Source: Paraspadella gotoi (Eukaryota > Animalia > Chaetognatha). Taken from it: a DNA stretch of 64,000 nucleotides. Where the stretch lies: contig CM119265.1 in the NCBI GenBank assembly GCA_051294375.1, positions 3,511,869 to 3,575,868 of the forward strand, in the 5' to 3' direction. Below, piece by piece: positions 13,642-28,149 of this stretch. Positions within the stretch are counted from its first letter, which is position 1. The number at the start of each line of letters is the position of its first letter. The notes below the pieces were generated by a model. The model did not search any database and had not been told where the DNA came from. It saw nothing but the letters and a program-made list of their open reading frames with translations. The position numbers and the translations under genes were made by a program.

Positions 13642-13965
13642 AATTAAGAAAGAAAGATAAGAAAGATAAAGAAAAGAAAGGAAAAGAGAAGAAGAAAGAA
13701 AGAAAGAAAAAAAAGAAAGAAGAAAGAAAGGAAAGAAAGAAAGAAAGAAAGAAAAAAGAAAGAAAGACTAGAGAGACAGAAAGATCGAGAGTGAGAACCT
13801 ACCAAACCCAAATTCTACCAAAAATTTTTTATTATTCGTGAAAAAACCATAATCGATACAAATTGTCTTAATTTAAATTCCATCGTGAATCTTTTAGGGG
13901 GCGGAAAAAAAAAGAGAGAGAGAGAGAGAACGAGAGAGACTGAGAGAGAGAGAGAAAGAGAGAGC

Positions 13966-14010
<45 letters not shown>

Positions 14011-15438
14011 TCGTCCCTCAATTATTCCGGGGTTGCGTCCCCGCGTCCTCACGAATCTTTTCATGATTCCATTAGGTTAAAAAATTAAAATCTGTGTATA
14101 GAAATCTTTTTTTCCTCGATTATATCTTTGTGATTTATTACTTTGAAATGGAGCGCCTAACTTTCAAGGAAAAAAAAAGAACCTTGGTACATAGTAAACT
14201 TGGGTTCACCACTCTCCTTTCTTCTTAACCCCTCGACAGTTTCCATGTTTTAGATGAATTCTCCCAACCCGAATCAAATGACCTCAAAAAAATAATAAAA
14301 ATAATGGCTCTTTATTTCAAGAGTGTTCCATTTATGTTCCGATTTATCCTAGAATTTAATTATTTTTTTATTTTATTAGTTTAAACATGTTTTCAAAATC
14401 TGTGAACCCAAATCCTGTAACCCTAATCCTTACCCTAATTTCTAATCCTGAACTCTAATCCTAAACCCTATTCACTTACAAAATCCTTAAATCTTATTTA
14501 ATATTCCTAACTTAACCTATCTTTAACTAAAAAAAAATTCAGAATTAAAAGACGAAATGCGGGCGTTATGGGGAAAATGAGGCCGGACAACAGCGAAGTC
14601 GTTTACGTCCAAACTGCCAAGTCTTTTAAATGAGTACTCTGCATTGTCGCTCGCTTTAAATCAGTTCGCTTTACTGTACTTGCGTTTAAAACGCGACAGG
14701 AAATGAATAAGTAACGCAAAGGTTGGTCGAGACTGTGGATTGGCTGTCAAATTTGGGTTTTTTTTGGTCGAAAACATTCTTTTTGTACTTGTCTCATGTC
14801 TAGAAATACATTTAATTCTTTTTAATTTATGGCCATGTTTTCTTCGGGGATAGGTTGTACAGCGAAAAACCGCCAAAAATTTCGATAACATTGTACAACC
14901 CAGAATGATAATTTATTAATTTATTTTATTTGTCTCTCAGGACGTTGGAGGGAAGTTTATCAAAAGTGAGTAATGAATATGAGGCAAAGATATTAAATTC
15001 ATAAAAAAGACATAATCAGATTTTAAAATACCCAAAGAATCTGTTCCTTTTCCCCTAACTACCTATCGACCCACCATTAAAGCCCCAGCCGCCATTCACC
15101 CTCACCACCCTGCACCCTCACCCTTCTTCGTTTTGTGACCCAAACTCAAACTTTTGCACCTTCTCACAAAAATCTCACAAAATCCTTTGCCTTCACAACC
15201 CGAACAAATCCTTTTGCCTAATTTCGTTTTGACGTAACGAAGATTCTTTCCATTTGACAAAAATATTATTTTTAACCCCTCGACCTCATTTCTTCTCTCC
15301 GGCTTTTTCTTTCTTTTTTTGTTGCTTTGATACCTTCTTTCTTTCTCCACTTTATGTTATTTTCGAAGCTTCTTTTCACCTTCTGTTCTTATTTTTCTTT
15401 GATACCTTCTTTCTTGCTTTAATACCTTCTTTCTTCTC

Positions 15439-15471
<33 letters not shown>

Positions 15472-15923
15472 TTTCTTCTTTCTTTCTTTCTTTCTTTCTG
15501 TCTTTCTTTCTTTCTTTCCTTTCTTCTTCTTTCTTTCTTCTTTCTTTCTTTTTTTTTCTTTCTTTCAATAATTTATTTTCTTACAATATCTTCTCTACAG
15601 CTTCTTTATCTCTGTATATGATATCTCTTTCATAGCCAACATTTCCCTTCAAGGAAATGATAAAAAGTTATTTATTTACTTTTTTATTTAACCCCAAATT
15701 TCAAAAAAATTGACGTCACTCCTCGCCGACTTTTTTATTACGAACACAGTTGATGTCCTTATTTGGTGTATCACCCTGAGAAAATATTGCTTTTTGACCA
15801 AAATTAGTCGTCGTCGTCGTCGCAACGGGTCACAAAGAAGTATATCTGTCTTCTTCAAAATCGTCTTTAATCGAATCAACTTCTGATGACTTTTACATTA
15901 AATCTCTCTCTCTCCTCTCTCTC

Positions 15924-15969
<46 letters not shown>

Positions 15970-16759
15970 CTCTTCTCACTTCCAAACCACCCGGGTCATG
16001 CCTCTCACTATCTCCTATCTCTCTCTCTCTCTCTCCTCTCTCTCCTCTCTCTCTCTCTCTCTCCTCCTCTCTCTCTCTCTCTCTCTCTCCTCTCTCTCTC
16101 CATTTTATTTAACAGGGCTCCACAGATCTGAGGAAAAAAAAAAGAAAGGGGGCCGTCGGGATTCGAACCGGGGCGATGGGATTTCTCTTAATTTCCCTTA
16201 ATTCAATCAAACCTCTGGAGATTCACGGGCGATGGCTTCACGCTGACCGTGAATGAGGAGAGAAAGAGGAGTGGAAGGTAAGAAGAACGGAGAATTTAAA
16301 AGGGGGGAAAGGGAAAGGCCAGAGAGGCGGGAAAGAACAAGAGGTATTTTTATTGCCAGTCTCCAACTTTCTATTGTGAAATCCGTGGTGAGAAGAATTT
16401 ACGGTTTGTCACAATTCGGTGTCTTTTTATCTCTTTCTGTCCGATTCAAAAACTCTTAAGGGGGTTCGGGGTGTCTGCGCCGCTTAAGGGTCACTACGGC
16501 TTTTTTTAAAAAATAAACCGAAGAGAAAAATATCCAAAGAATTTTTGAATTCCATGAGGGTAAATCTCGAATTATTAACTAAGCAAATGGTATTAAGTAA
16601 AGGATATTGAAAAAGTTTTTTTTCAATTTAAAACTAATCTAAATACAAAATCAGATCCCTAAAAAAAACAAACTTTCTTCACCGTCAATTTACGCAAATG
16701 AAAAAAAAAACGATTAAAATCCTTTCTTTGCATTTTTTTTTTTCTCTCTCTCTCTCTCT

Positions 16760-16801
<42 letters not shown>

Positions 16802-17556
16802 TCTCTCTCTCTCTCTCACCCTCCCTTTAAGGCGCCCAATGACTCAGTGTGTTTGCTCCCAGAATCTTCTTCGTTAATTGTTGTTTAATAGTTTTTTAAT
16901 TTAGATTCCTCCGTCTCAGACAATTAAGGGACAAGTCGTATTCGCTATCGGTCGCCATCGGCGTCGTCGTCGTCGCCGTTCGTCGTCGTGGGGCAAAGAA
17001 GAAGCTTTTTCCCAATATAAAAGGTTGATAATCCTCTTCGGGGATTTACTAAGTAAACATTCTCTATCGAGATTTTTTGTACGATTCAATTTTTATTTTT
17101 TAACCAAAAAATAAAAGGTTAGTTTTTTTTTTTTTAAAACTATGGATGGAAGCGTTCGGTGTTTTCATTCGCCACTAAAATCTGCTGGAGGTCCAAGAAA
17201 TAATTTGCTACATCAGTACTAACTACATGTTTACTGAAAGAGAGAGAGAGAAAGAAAAAGAGAGGGAAAATATTTAAAAAGGAAAATATGGCAAGAAACT
17301 AGTTTATAAATATTGTTTATTGAGTTTAATAGCCCTATGTTTTCCCCCAAATATGCTACAGATGAGAATTCCGTGTGGCTTTTCTGCTCTCTCCCCTTTT
17401 ATCTCGCCTTCCCCCCCTCCCTTTCACCGACAGCGACTTAACTTCTGTTTTTTCATCGATTCTGTCTCACAAATCTTTTTGAACTCGTCATTCTCAGATT
17501 TCTCGCTTTGTTCTTTCTTTCTTTCTTTCTTTCTTTCTCTTTTTCTTTCTTTCTTT

Positions 17557-17613
<57 letters not shown>

Positions 17614-19965
17614 TTTTTCTTTTCTCTCTATTTCCTTTTTTGGTCCTTTTTTCTTTTTTCTGTCTTCGACAGACGAGTCAAACTCTAAACCTACTCAAAA
17701 ATTATCATTTTTGTTTTGTTAGCGAGAATAAATCACATTCTCTTGGATGTTTTGATAAAACGGAATTTACCGGGCGAGAAATGATGTGGCTACAGTGAAG
17801 ACGACTTTAACGAAATAAAAAAATAATCAACAATTTTAGTTTAGTTTTATAGATTTGTTTGAAGTCATTAAATAAAATTTATATTAAACTTTTTAAAAAC
17901 TTCAAAATACGTTTATAATAAAATAAGAGAATTCTGACTGTATTTCTGTCAAACGCCTTATGCTCTCTCATTTCGAAAATCTATCCCATTTTTGTCATTT
18001 GTGTTTTTGTCAAATTTTTCTGGATTGTACGGCGGCGCAAGGTCGGATCACTAATATGACCGACGAGGAGTCAAGATTAAGGGAAAAATAATGTCGTCGT
18101 CGTCTTTGACGCCGCCTTTAAGGGACCCTACATTCCTCTTATTTCATCTTAATTTTTACGGGAATCGTGTGTCTTCAGAAGGGGAGCAAGGCAGTTTGGG
18201 GAGCGGGCTTTAAGTCACGGCGACAAAAATAATTTCATTCTTATGAAAAGAAGAAAAGCAAAGTCAATTTAGGTGACATTTTATTAGAATTAGTTTACAT
18301 TCCTTCTAGACTAACAATTCCTTCTCGGCTAACAACTCATTCAATACATATCCATAAGATAAACAAAATTTTATCGTTGTTGTCACTCAAATAAAAGTTT
18401 ATTTCATTTACTAACTTTGCTTATAATTTTACTATTTATTCTTAGAATAGGGGAATACAATTTTTTCAGAGTCAGACCTCCTAATATCCTGTAACGCCTT
18501 ATAATTAGTTAAAATATAGTAATATTGTTTTTCCCATTGCCTTAATCGAAAGCTTTTTCGTTTTCCATAGAGATTGTAGTATACGGATTTTCCATTCATT
18601 GAGAGTTACAATCCGGCGCGCAAGAAAGAAGGTTGGTTCGGTCCCTTCATTCGCGACGGGCAAAGTTGAAAATACTCTTCCGCCGGTGCACCCGTGAATA
18701 CTAATTTTAGTTTCTTTCGTAATCGATACTGTAGCCCTGCGGAGGGACAAAACGAGATAACAGAAAAACTCTATTCACTCCACTCTCCCTTAATGAACAG
18801 ATTCAAAGCTGCGACGATCAGCATGCAAAAAAGATAAATCCAAAGCGGAGAAGTAATAAGATTTAATTCGCTGCGATCCGCGAGACGCCATCTGTTACGG
18901 TTCTGATCTCAACTAAATGACCTTTGCCATTAAAAACGGTAAAACGAAAAGTTATTATCGCTAAGGAAAAGAGGAAGAAAAAAAAATCTTAAGATCTACT
19001 TAAAAATATAGAAAAGAGAGAGAAGGGAATGAGAGAGAGAGAATGAAGAGAGGAGAGAGAAGAGGAAGAGATGAGAAGAGAGGAAAAGGAGAGAGAGAGA
19101 GAGAGAGATGTTGAATTAAAGATCAATCACTAAGCGAAAACAAAAAAAACGACTGAGCACATATCACAGAGTAAAAAAAAAAATTATAAAATCGTGTTTG
19201 TGCCTCTCGTTTTTACGAGATTAGAAATTCGGCTAATAAAAATCTCAATCAGGAGAAAAAAGAAGAGTGAAAAAAAAAAAAATTTGAACTTCGATTTCTT
19301 CTCATAATCTCACACTTTGAACGAGCTTCAATTTGAAATAATTGTAATTCGAACTGACAGAGATTCCAAACTATAAGTTATGCTGTATTAGATACGCTTG
19401 TCTTTTTTCGCCGCCTGCTTGCTCGTTTATTGTTCGAGCTTGTGGAGTATGGGATCGTTGAATGAGCGCCTTTATTAGGAGGAAAAGTTTGTGGTAAGCA
19501 CAGAATTAAAGTGTTTGCGTTACGCTAGTAGTAAAAATGAATCAAGATAAATAATAGAGTTAAAAAATGTATCATCTGTATAAAGTTTGAATATTTTCTG
19601 CTACGTTATCCACCCCACAGATGGGTTGTAGAACATTAACCTAAACAGGAAAGACATGTGTTTTTTTTCTCTTAATTTTTTATCGATTCGTTCTCGATTA
19701 ATTTCGATTCTCAACCGAAAATCCTGATGGAATCGAATCGAATTTTTTTCTCAGCCGCGCCTCCTTAATTTTAATCGATGACTCACGATTCCTTTTTATA
19801 CTTTATTTAAGGGCGCAAATGAATTAAAAAAAAATTATTAAACTATACTAAAAAAATGGGGGAAGACATAGAGAGAAATAGAAACAACGGATAATCGTTA
19901 ATGAGATTCACGAAAAAAATACACGAGAAAAGAGAAAAAAATTGGATCGAGTATCTCTCTCTTTT

Positions 19966-20116
19966 GTATTGTATTGTATTGTATTGTATTGTATTGTATT
20001 GTAGGACTTTAAGACTTGGTTGGCAAATGACACTGCTCGTCACACTAGTGAACTCCTTCGAAGAGATTTCCGTAATCACGCCCTAATTTTCTTATCGTTA
20101 AAATATCACGAAATCT

Positions 20117-20156
<40 letters not shown>

Positions 20157-20229
20157 GATTAGTGAATTCGATTGAGCAAAATTAAGACGAATGGGGTGAC
20201 AAGGGGGAGAAATCTAAGCCTAAGAGTGA

Positions 20230-20269
<40 letters not shown>

Positions 20270-20387
20270 TGACTCATTCACCTTTACGTTTTGTGAAATG
20301 AAAATCACAACAGAGTTCACTTCTTTGTTCTACTTTATTCCGCCCCCGTTTTTAGAGGTGAATGACATTTGGTGAGAGTGTCGAGGT

Positions 20388-20423
<36 letters not shown>
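19966..20423 (+). repeat. Fourth, cleaner copy of about 1480-1960
   Basis: Same gactttaagacttgg...cacactagtgaactccttcgaag...(gac)n...gtcgaggtgacagagag sequence with clean microsatellites, ending in a 25-N gap. Confidence 0.88.
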
Positions 20424-20448
20424 NNNNNNNNNNNNNNNNNNNNNNNNN

Positions 20449-20630
20449 GTTCCCCAAATCCCCTCCCCCTCCCCCAACCTCCCTTCCAAATCCTCCCCTT
20501 CCCTCCCCCAAATCCTCTTCCCCCACCCCCTTCCTCCCCCAAATCCTCCCTCCCCATCTCCCCTTCCCCCCAAATCCCTCCCCCTTCCAACCCCCCCCCT
20601 CCCCCTTCCCCTTCCCCAAAACCTTCGCCC
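20449..20630 (-). repeat. G-run-rich degenerate repeat (G-quadruplex-prone) immediately downstream of an exon donor
   Basis: Plus strand is cccctcccccaaatc-like units, so many GGG+ runs on the transcribed minus strand. Confidence 0.6.
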
Positions 20631-20641
20631 CTTCAACTAAC

Positions 20642-20884
20642 CAACCGTTGTGTTGTTCTTCCCCATGGCAGCAAGCCGTCGCCAGGTAGACGCCCATTAG
20701 CAACGGCGATTGACGATTGAGCCGCAGCAGGCCGCTCCGCCGTGAACCGCCGCCGCCTGCAGCGGCCGCTGCTCCGCCGGTTGACCGCCGCGGCGGCGGC
20801 CGCCGCAGCCGTTGGAGGCGGCGAGACCGGCGGCGGCGACGGCGGACATGCGGCGGCGAATGATGCGGCTTTTTTGGTGATCGG
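20642..20884 (-). CDS. Ala/Gly-rich coding exon, complete version of the exon at 1-65
   Basis: Acceptor ctttctcAG (CAG 20887-20885) and candidate donor GTTAGT (20641-20636). GC-rich with poly-Ala codons. The exact frame is obscured by indels, approximately DHQKAASFAAAMSAVAAAGLAA...AAAQSSIAVANGVYLATAAAMGKNNTTV. Confidence 0.6.
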
Positions 20885-21298
20885 CTGAGAAAGATGAAAG
20901 GCGGGAGAGAAGAGGAGAGAGAGGGAGAGAGAGAGGGAGTCAGTTTTATTGTCTGTGTATTGACAATATTTGGACATCAACTCAATAAACTCCGAATAAA
21001 TATTATATGAAGCTCGATATAAGTTATAAGTTTATATTTTAAAAAGTAAAGATTAACAAAAATTAAAGATGCAAATGAAAACATTTTGCTTGTGTTCTCG
21101 TGTGCAGTTTTTAATTAAATTCCATATATTAAGCTTTTTTAATTAAAAAAATTGTAACTATTTTATGGTAGCAAGAATTAAGTTACTAGTTTCTACCATT
21201 TTTCCTCTTCAAAGATTCATCGCTGATTTGGTCGAAAGGAATCCTTCTCAACCAATCAGCATCCGACAATTTAGAATCCGACCTTTTCTTCAACTTAC

Positions 21299-21865
21299 CG
21301 ACGCTCTCCTCCTCCGTGGACGTGAGGGAACCACGGATACAACCCGCCGCCGCCGCCGCCGCCGCCGACTTTAAAAAGTTTGCGGCGACGCCGGCGGCGC
21401 TTCGGACGCCGCTTTCCCCGCAGTCGCCGCCGCGACGCCGGCAAGCGACGCCGCGTGGGAGGTCCATGGCGCCGCTTCCACCGGCGACGCAGAGTGTCGC
21501 GGATAGAATGCGACTCGATGCCGGGCGACGCCGCGCGAAAATCGAGGCGGCGTCTATCGGGAGAAGACGACGGCGGGAATGACGAGGCCGGGGGCGCCAC
21601 TGGTGGCGACGCGGAGCGATACGGGAAAACGAACGACGACGCCGCTTCGACGCGTCGTCGCGTAAAGAGGACGGCGATGCTGAAGGGAAGTTGGAGACTG
21701 CGGAAGACGACGACGACGAAGTTGGTTCCGTCTTGGAGGTGTTGTTGTTGTTGTTGTTGTTGTTGCTGGATTGAGGTGGTGGGAGGAGAGGGAGTGGTGC
21801 GGCGGTGGAGGTGGTGGGAGAGGAGGTGGGATGGGAGGGACTCTCCAGGTTGAGGGGTTCGTCGA
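21299..21865 (-). CDS. Same eh1/YPW exon as 487-1083 (copy 3, independent indel errors)
   Basis: Same splice sites (CAG 21868-21866; GTAAGT 21298-21293). Spans the copy-1 gap in frame as TAAPLPLLPPPQSSNNNNNNNNTSKTEPT. eh1 reads FSIAVL. Frameshifts differ from copy 1, consistent with read errors. Confidence 0.72.
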
Positions 21866-21932
21866 CTGTTGAAGGGGGTTTGGGGGGGGAAAAGGGGATT
21901 ATATTAATTAATAAATTAATAACAAAAAATTA

Positions 21933-21985
<53 letters not shown>

Positions 21986-22497
21986 TATTATTATTATTAT
22001 CGTTAACAACACAAAAAGAAAAAAAAAGAAACGAAACAAAAGACAAACGAATAATCCTGAGTATCATAACTTATTTAACGTATTTAATTATTTTATTGTA
22101 ATGTATTGAGTTATGACTATGTAATTGAAATGATAGTTGAATTGTTTAATTTGTTATAGTAAGTATATAGTTGATTTGATTTGTATTGTATTGTATTGTA
22201 TATGTATGTAGTATGTATATGTATATTGTATTTATTGTATTGTATTGATGTATTATATTGTTTGTAGACTTTAAGACGATTGGTTGGCAAAATGACACTG
22301 CTTCGTCACACTAGTGAACTCCTTCGAAGAATTCCGTAATCACGCCCTAAATTTTCTTATCGTTGAAAATATCACGAAATCTCCAGAAGAGAGGAGAGAG
22401 AGCGGAGAGAGAGAGAGAGAGACGATTAGTGAATTCGATTGAGCAAAATTAAGACGAATAGGGGTGACAAGGGGGAGAAATCTAAGCCTAAGAGTGA

Positions 22498-22537
<40 letters not shown>

Positions 22538-22760
22538 TGACTCATTCACTTTACGTTTTGTGAAATGAAAATCACAACAGAGTTCACTTCTTTTGTTCTA
22601 CTTTATTCCGCCCCCTTTTAGAGGTGAATGACATTTGGTGAGAGTGTCGAGGTGACAGAGAGAGAGAGAAGAGAGGAGAGAGAGAAAGAGAAGAGGAGAG
22701 AGAGAGAAGAAGAGAGAGAGAGAGAAGAGAGGTAAATTTTTTCTAATATATATATAACTG

Positions 22761-23739
22761 TAGGGCGTTGAAAAATAACGGAAATATAACAAATCAAGTG
22801 AGGTGACATAGCTATTTTAGTGTAATAAAGTCTGTAGAATTCGAATGATGATAACCATTTTTTTGTATAGTCTCATCTTCTTTGTCGGAACGGCGATTTT
22901 TGCAGCATATAAGGTGCTATTAAAATGGAGCAAACATTGTAGAGTATAAGAAACTCAAATTATTAAGATTTTATTAAAAGCCATATTTAACTTACATTAA
23001 TATGAATATAAAGACCCATAAATATTTTGGTAAGTTATTTACAAATTTTATATTTATTAATAGTTGTTAGCTATATTTATTAATAATAATAATAAAAATA
23101 AGCTAAAGTGAAAAAAATAAAAAAATTTAAATTTTAAAACCAGATTTGAATTCCTACAAAAAGTTGATATAAGGAAAATATAATCCATTTTAAAAAATTC
23201 TTTCATTAAGTAGGTTAAAAATATTAACAACTATTATTTTTGTTTAATTTTTCAATTTTGGGCTTAAAATTATAGTTTTTCTGAATTTTGACCAACTTAA
23301 TGACATAATTTTGATATAAAAATTATATTTTCTTATATCAACTTTTTGCAAAGAATGCAAATCCATGAAAAAAAATTTGAAATTATTATTTTTTAACTTT
23401 AGCCCAATTTTTACTCATAATTATTAATAAATATAGTTAACTAACTTTTTATAAAACATAAAATTTAGATATAAACTTACCAAAATATTTTATTAATCTT
23501 TATTTTTATATTTCAAAGGCTTATATAAATTTTATAAAATTTTAATTAATTTGATTTATCATAACTTATAATGGTTTTAATAATTTTATATACATTAAAA
23601 ACCCTTATTTTCGACAAGAAAGATAAAATTATACAAAAAAAATGGTCATCAACCATCGAATTCTACAGACTTACATTACACTAAAATAGCTATGTACCTC
23701 ACTTGATTTGTTACATTTTGTTATTTTTCAACGCCTCTA
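22761..23739. mobile_element. Long-TIR MITE (copy 3)
   Basis: tagggcgttgaaaaataac... at 22761 and ...gttatttttcaacgcctcta ending at 23739. Inverted match extends about 110 bp. Confidence 0.8.
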
Positions 23740-23747
23740 ATATTATA

Positions 23748-24337
23748 CAGTCCTGTGCAAAAAAAAAGGATACCCTTAAAAACTTAATGTTGCGATTTTT
23801 TTAAAATTATGAATGATAAATGTAGATTTTGAAATGAGAAATCCATATGAGTAAGTTAAAAAAGAGTCGGTTCAAGCACTCAAGAGCTATAGCTCCTGAA
23901 AGACAAATGATCAAAAATATTTGTTATTTTAGTCATTACAAAAAATCAGTTTTTAATATTTGCTAAAAACTGAAGTTAGTTTTTAGCCTTAATTTATGGG
24001 CATTGTATTTATATATTTTTTTAAAATTATGAATGGGAAATAAGGACATTAAAAAAATCCATATATAATTATAACTTTTAAAAAAAAGTTCAGTCATTCG
24101 AGAGGTTAAAAATACTATAATTTTTTTTGCTCTGACATTTTGTTTGAGTACTTAGTAGTTGTAACCTAGTAGTTACTTTTAAAAAATCACTGCGTTGTAA
24201 TGGAATTCACCAAATTATAACAATATTTGTTTTTTAATTAATATTTTTTACTTATAATATTTTTTTTATTTTAAAGGAATCCAACTTAATTTATTTTCCT
24301 AATGTTTTTGGTTGTCCTCTTTTTTTTCACAGGACTG
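23748..24337. mobile_element. Tc1/mariner-type MITE (copy 3)
   Basis: TA|CAGTCCTGTGCAAAA...TTTTCACAGGACTG|TA. Confidence 0.82.
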
Positions 24338-24478
24338 TATAATAGTGAATATATCATTATATATCTAATATATATTGATAAGAAAATGACCAAGAAGTGA
24401 TTATTAATAGGAATTTATTTATCAGTGAGGGAAGTAAACAGATTGGGAGAAAGAAAACGCAAAAGAAAGAAAGGAAAA

Positions 24479-24526
<48 letters not shown>

Positions 24527-24530
24527 AAAA

Positions 24531-24574
<44 letters not shown>

Positions 24575-24705
24575 GAGACAGAAAGATCGAGAGTGAGAAC
24601 CTACAAACCCAAATTCTACCAAAAATTTTTATTATTCGTGAAAAACTCTAATCGATACAAATTGTCTTAATTTAAATCTCATCGTGAATCTTTTAGGGGG
24701 GCGAA

Positions 24706-24776
<71 letters not shown>

Positions 24777-26175
24777 TCGTCCTCTAATTATTCCGGGGTT
24801 GCGTCCCCGCGTCTCACGAATCTTTTCATGATTCCATTAGGTTAAAAATTAAAATCTGTGATAGAAATCTTTTTTTTCCTCGATTATATCTTGTGATTTA
24901 TTACTTTGAAATGAGCGCCTAACCTTTCAAGGAAAAAAAAAGAACCTGGTACATAGTAAACTGGGTTCACCACTCTCCCTTTCTTTCTTAACCCCTCACA
25001 GTTTCCATGTTTAGATGAATTTCTCCCAAACCCGAATCCAAATGACCTCAAAAAAAATAAAATAATGGCTCTTTATTTCAAGAGTGTTCCATTTATGTCC
25101 GATTATCCTAGAATTTAATTATATTTTTTATTTATTTAGTTTAAACATGTTTTCAAAATCTTTGAACCAATCTGTAACCCTAATCCCTTACCCTAATCTA
25201 ATCCTGAACTCTAATCCTAAACCCTATTCACTTACAAAATCCTTAATCTTATTTAATATTCCTAACTTTTAACCTAATCTTTAACTAAAAAAAAATTCAG
25301 AATTAAAGACGAAATGGGGCGTTATGGGAAAATGAGGCCGACACAGCGAAGTCGTTTACGTCCAAACTGCCAAGTTCTTTAAATGAGTTACTCTGCATTG
25401 TCGCTCGCCTTTAAATCAGTTCGCTTTACTGTACTTGGGTTTAAAACGCGACAGGAAATTGAATAAGTAACGCAAAGTTGGTCGAGACGGTGGATTGGCT
25501 GTCAAATTTTGGGTTGTTTTGGTCGAAAACATTCTTTTTGTACTTGTCTCATGTCTAGAAATACATTAATTCTTTTAATTTATGGCCATGTTTTCTTCGG
25601 GGATAGGTGTACAGCGAAAAACCGCAAAAATTTCGATAAACATTGTTACAACCCAGTGATAATTTATTAATTTATTTTATTTGTCTCTCAGGACGTTGGA
25701 GGGAAGTTTATCAAAGTGAGTAATGAATATGAGGAAAGATATTAAATTCATAAAAAGAATTAATCAGATTTAAAATACCCAAAGAATCTGTTCCTTTCCC
25801 CCTAACTACTATCGACCACCATTAAAGCCCCAGCCCCATCACCCTCACCACCCTGCACCCTCCACCCTTCTTCGTTTTGTGAACCCACTCAACTTTTGTC
25901 AACCTTCTCACAAAATCTCACAAAATCCTTTGCCTTCACAACCCGAACAAATCCTTTTGCTAATTTTCGTTTTGACGTAAACGAAGATTCTTTCCATTTG
26001 ACAAAATATTATTTTTACCCCTTCGACCTCATTTCTTCTCTCCCGCTTTTTTTCTTTCTTTTTTTGTTGCTTTGATACCTTCTTTCTTTCTCCACTTTAT
26101 GTATTTTTCGAAGCTTCTTTTCACCTTCTTTCTTTATTTTTTCTTTGATACCTTCTTTCTTTTGCTTTAATACCT

Positions 26176-26227
<52 letters not shown>

Positions 26228-26479
26228 TTTTTTCTTTCTTTCATAATTTATTTTCTTACAATATCTTCTCTCACAGCTTTATCTCTGTATATGATATCTC
26301 TTTCATAGCCAACTATTTCACCTTCAAGGAAATGATTCAAAAGTTATTTATTACTTTTTTATTTAACCCAAATTTCAAAAAAATTGACGTCACTCCTCGC
26401 CGACTTTTTTATTACCGAACACAGTTGATGTCCTTATTTGGTTTATCACCCTGAGAAATATGCTTTTTGACCAAAATTA

Positions 26480-26511
<32 letters not shown>

Positions 26512-26584
26512 AACGTGGTCACAAAGAAGATTCTGTCTTCTTCAATCGTCTTTAATCGAATCAACTTTGATGACTTTTTACCAT

Positions 26585-26676
<92 letters not shown>

Positions 26677-27295
26677 TATTTAAAGGGCTCCACAGATTCT
26701 GAGGAAAAAAAAAGAAAAGGGGGGCGTCGGGATTCGAACCCGGGGCGATTGGGATTTCTCTTAATTTCCCTTTAATTCAATCAAACCTCTGGAGATTCAC
26801 GGGCGATGGCTTCACGCTGACCGTGAATGAGGAGGAGGAAGAGGAGGGGGAAGGAAGAAGAACGGAGAATTAAAAGCGGGGAAAGGGAAAGGCAGAGAGC
26901 GGGGAAGAACCAAGAGGTATTTTTATGAGTCTCCAACTTTCTATTGTGAAATCCGTGGTGAGAAGGAATTTCGGTGTCACAATTCACGGCGTCTTTTTAT
27001 CTCTTTCTGTCCGATTCAAAACCCTTAAGGGGGTTCGGGTCTGCGCCGCTTAAGGGGTCACTACGGTTTTTAAAAAATGAAACGAAGAAAATATCCAAAG
27101 AATTTTGAAATTCATGAGGGTAAATCTCGAATTATTAACTAAGCAAATGGTATTAAGTAAATGATATTGAAAAAGTTTTTTTCAATTTAACTAAATCTAA
27201 AATACAAAATCGATCCCTAAAAAAAACAAACTTTCTCACCGTCAATTCACTCAAATGAAAAAAAAACGATAAAAATCCTTTCTTGCCATTTTTTT

Positions 27296-27362
<67 letters not shown>

Positions 27363-28068
27363 CTCTCTCTCTCACCCTCCCTTTAAGGCGCCCAATGACT
27401 CAGTGTGTTTCTCCAGAATCTTCTTCGTGTTTAATTGTTGTTTAATAGTTTTTTAATTTAGATTCCTCCGTCTCAGACAATTAAGGGACAAGTCGTATTC
27501 GCTATCGTCGCCATCGGCGTCGTCGTCGTCGCCGTCGTCGTCGTGGGGGCGAAAGAAGAAGCTTTTTTCCCAATATAAAAGGTTTGATAATTCCTCTTTC
27601 GGGGATTTACTAAGTAACAGATTCTCTATCGAGATTTTGTGACGATTTCAATTTTTTATTTTTTAACCAAAAATTAGTTGTTTTTTTTTTTTTTTTTAAA
27701 CTATGGATGGAAGCGTCGGTGCTTTTCATCGCCACTTTAAAATCTGCTGGAGGTCCAAAGAAAGAATTTGCTACATGGTACTAGCTACATGGTACTGAAA
27801 GAGAGAGAGAGAAAGAAAAAAAGAGAGGGAAGAATATTTAAAAGGAAATATGGCAAGAAACTAGTTTATAAATATTGTTTAGTTTAATAGCCCTATGTTT
27901 GTCCCCCAAATTATGCTACAGATGAAATTCCGTGTGGCTTTTCTGTCTCTCCCCTTTTATCCTCGCCTTCCCCCCCCTCCCTTTCACCGACAGCGACTTA
28001 ACTTCTGGTTTTTCATCGATTCTGTCTCACAAATCTTTTTGAACTCGTCATTCTCAGATCTCGCTTTG

Positions 28069-28149
<81 letters not shown>

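Larger units (their letters stand above)
10849..19965 (+). repeat. Exact duplicate of 1474-10590 (offset 9375), probable assembly artefact
   Basis: All ORF-track entries repeat at +9375 with identical translations, including noisy poly-A and ragged microsatellites. Starts right after a 25-N gap. Confidence 0.92.

Noticed and set aside
21299-21865. Frameshifted copy as a pseudogene paralogue
   Set aside because: Indels are complementary between copies and match the error pattern of the flanking non-coding DNA, so they are more likely sequencing errors.
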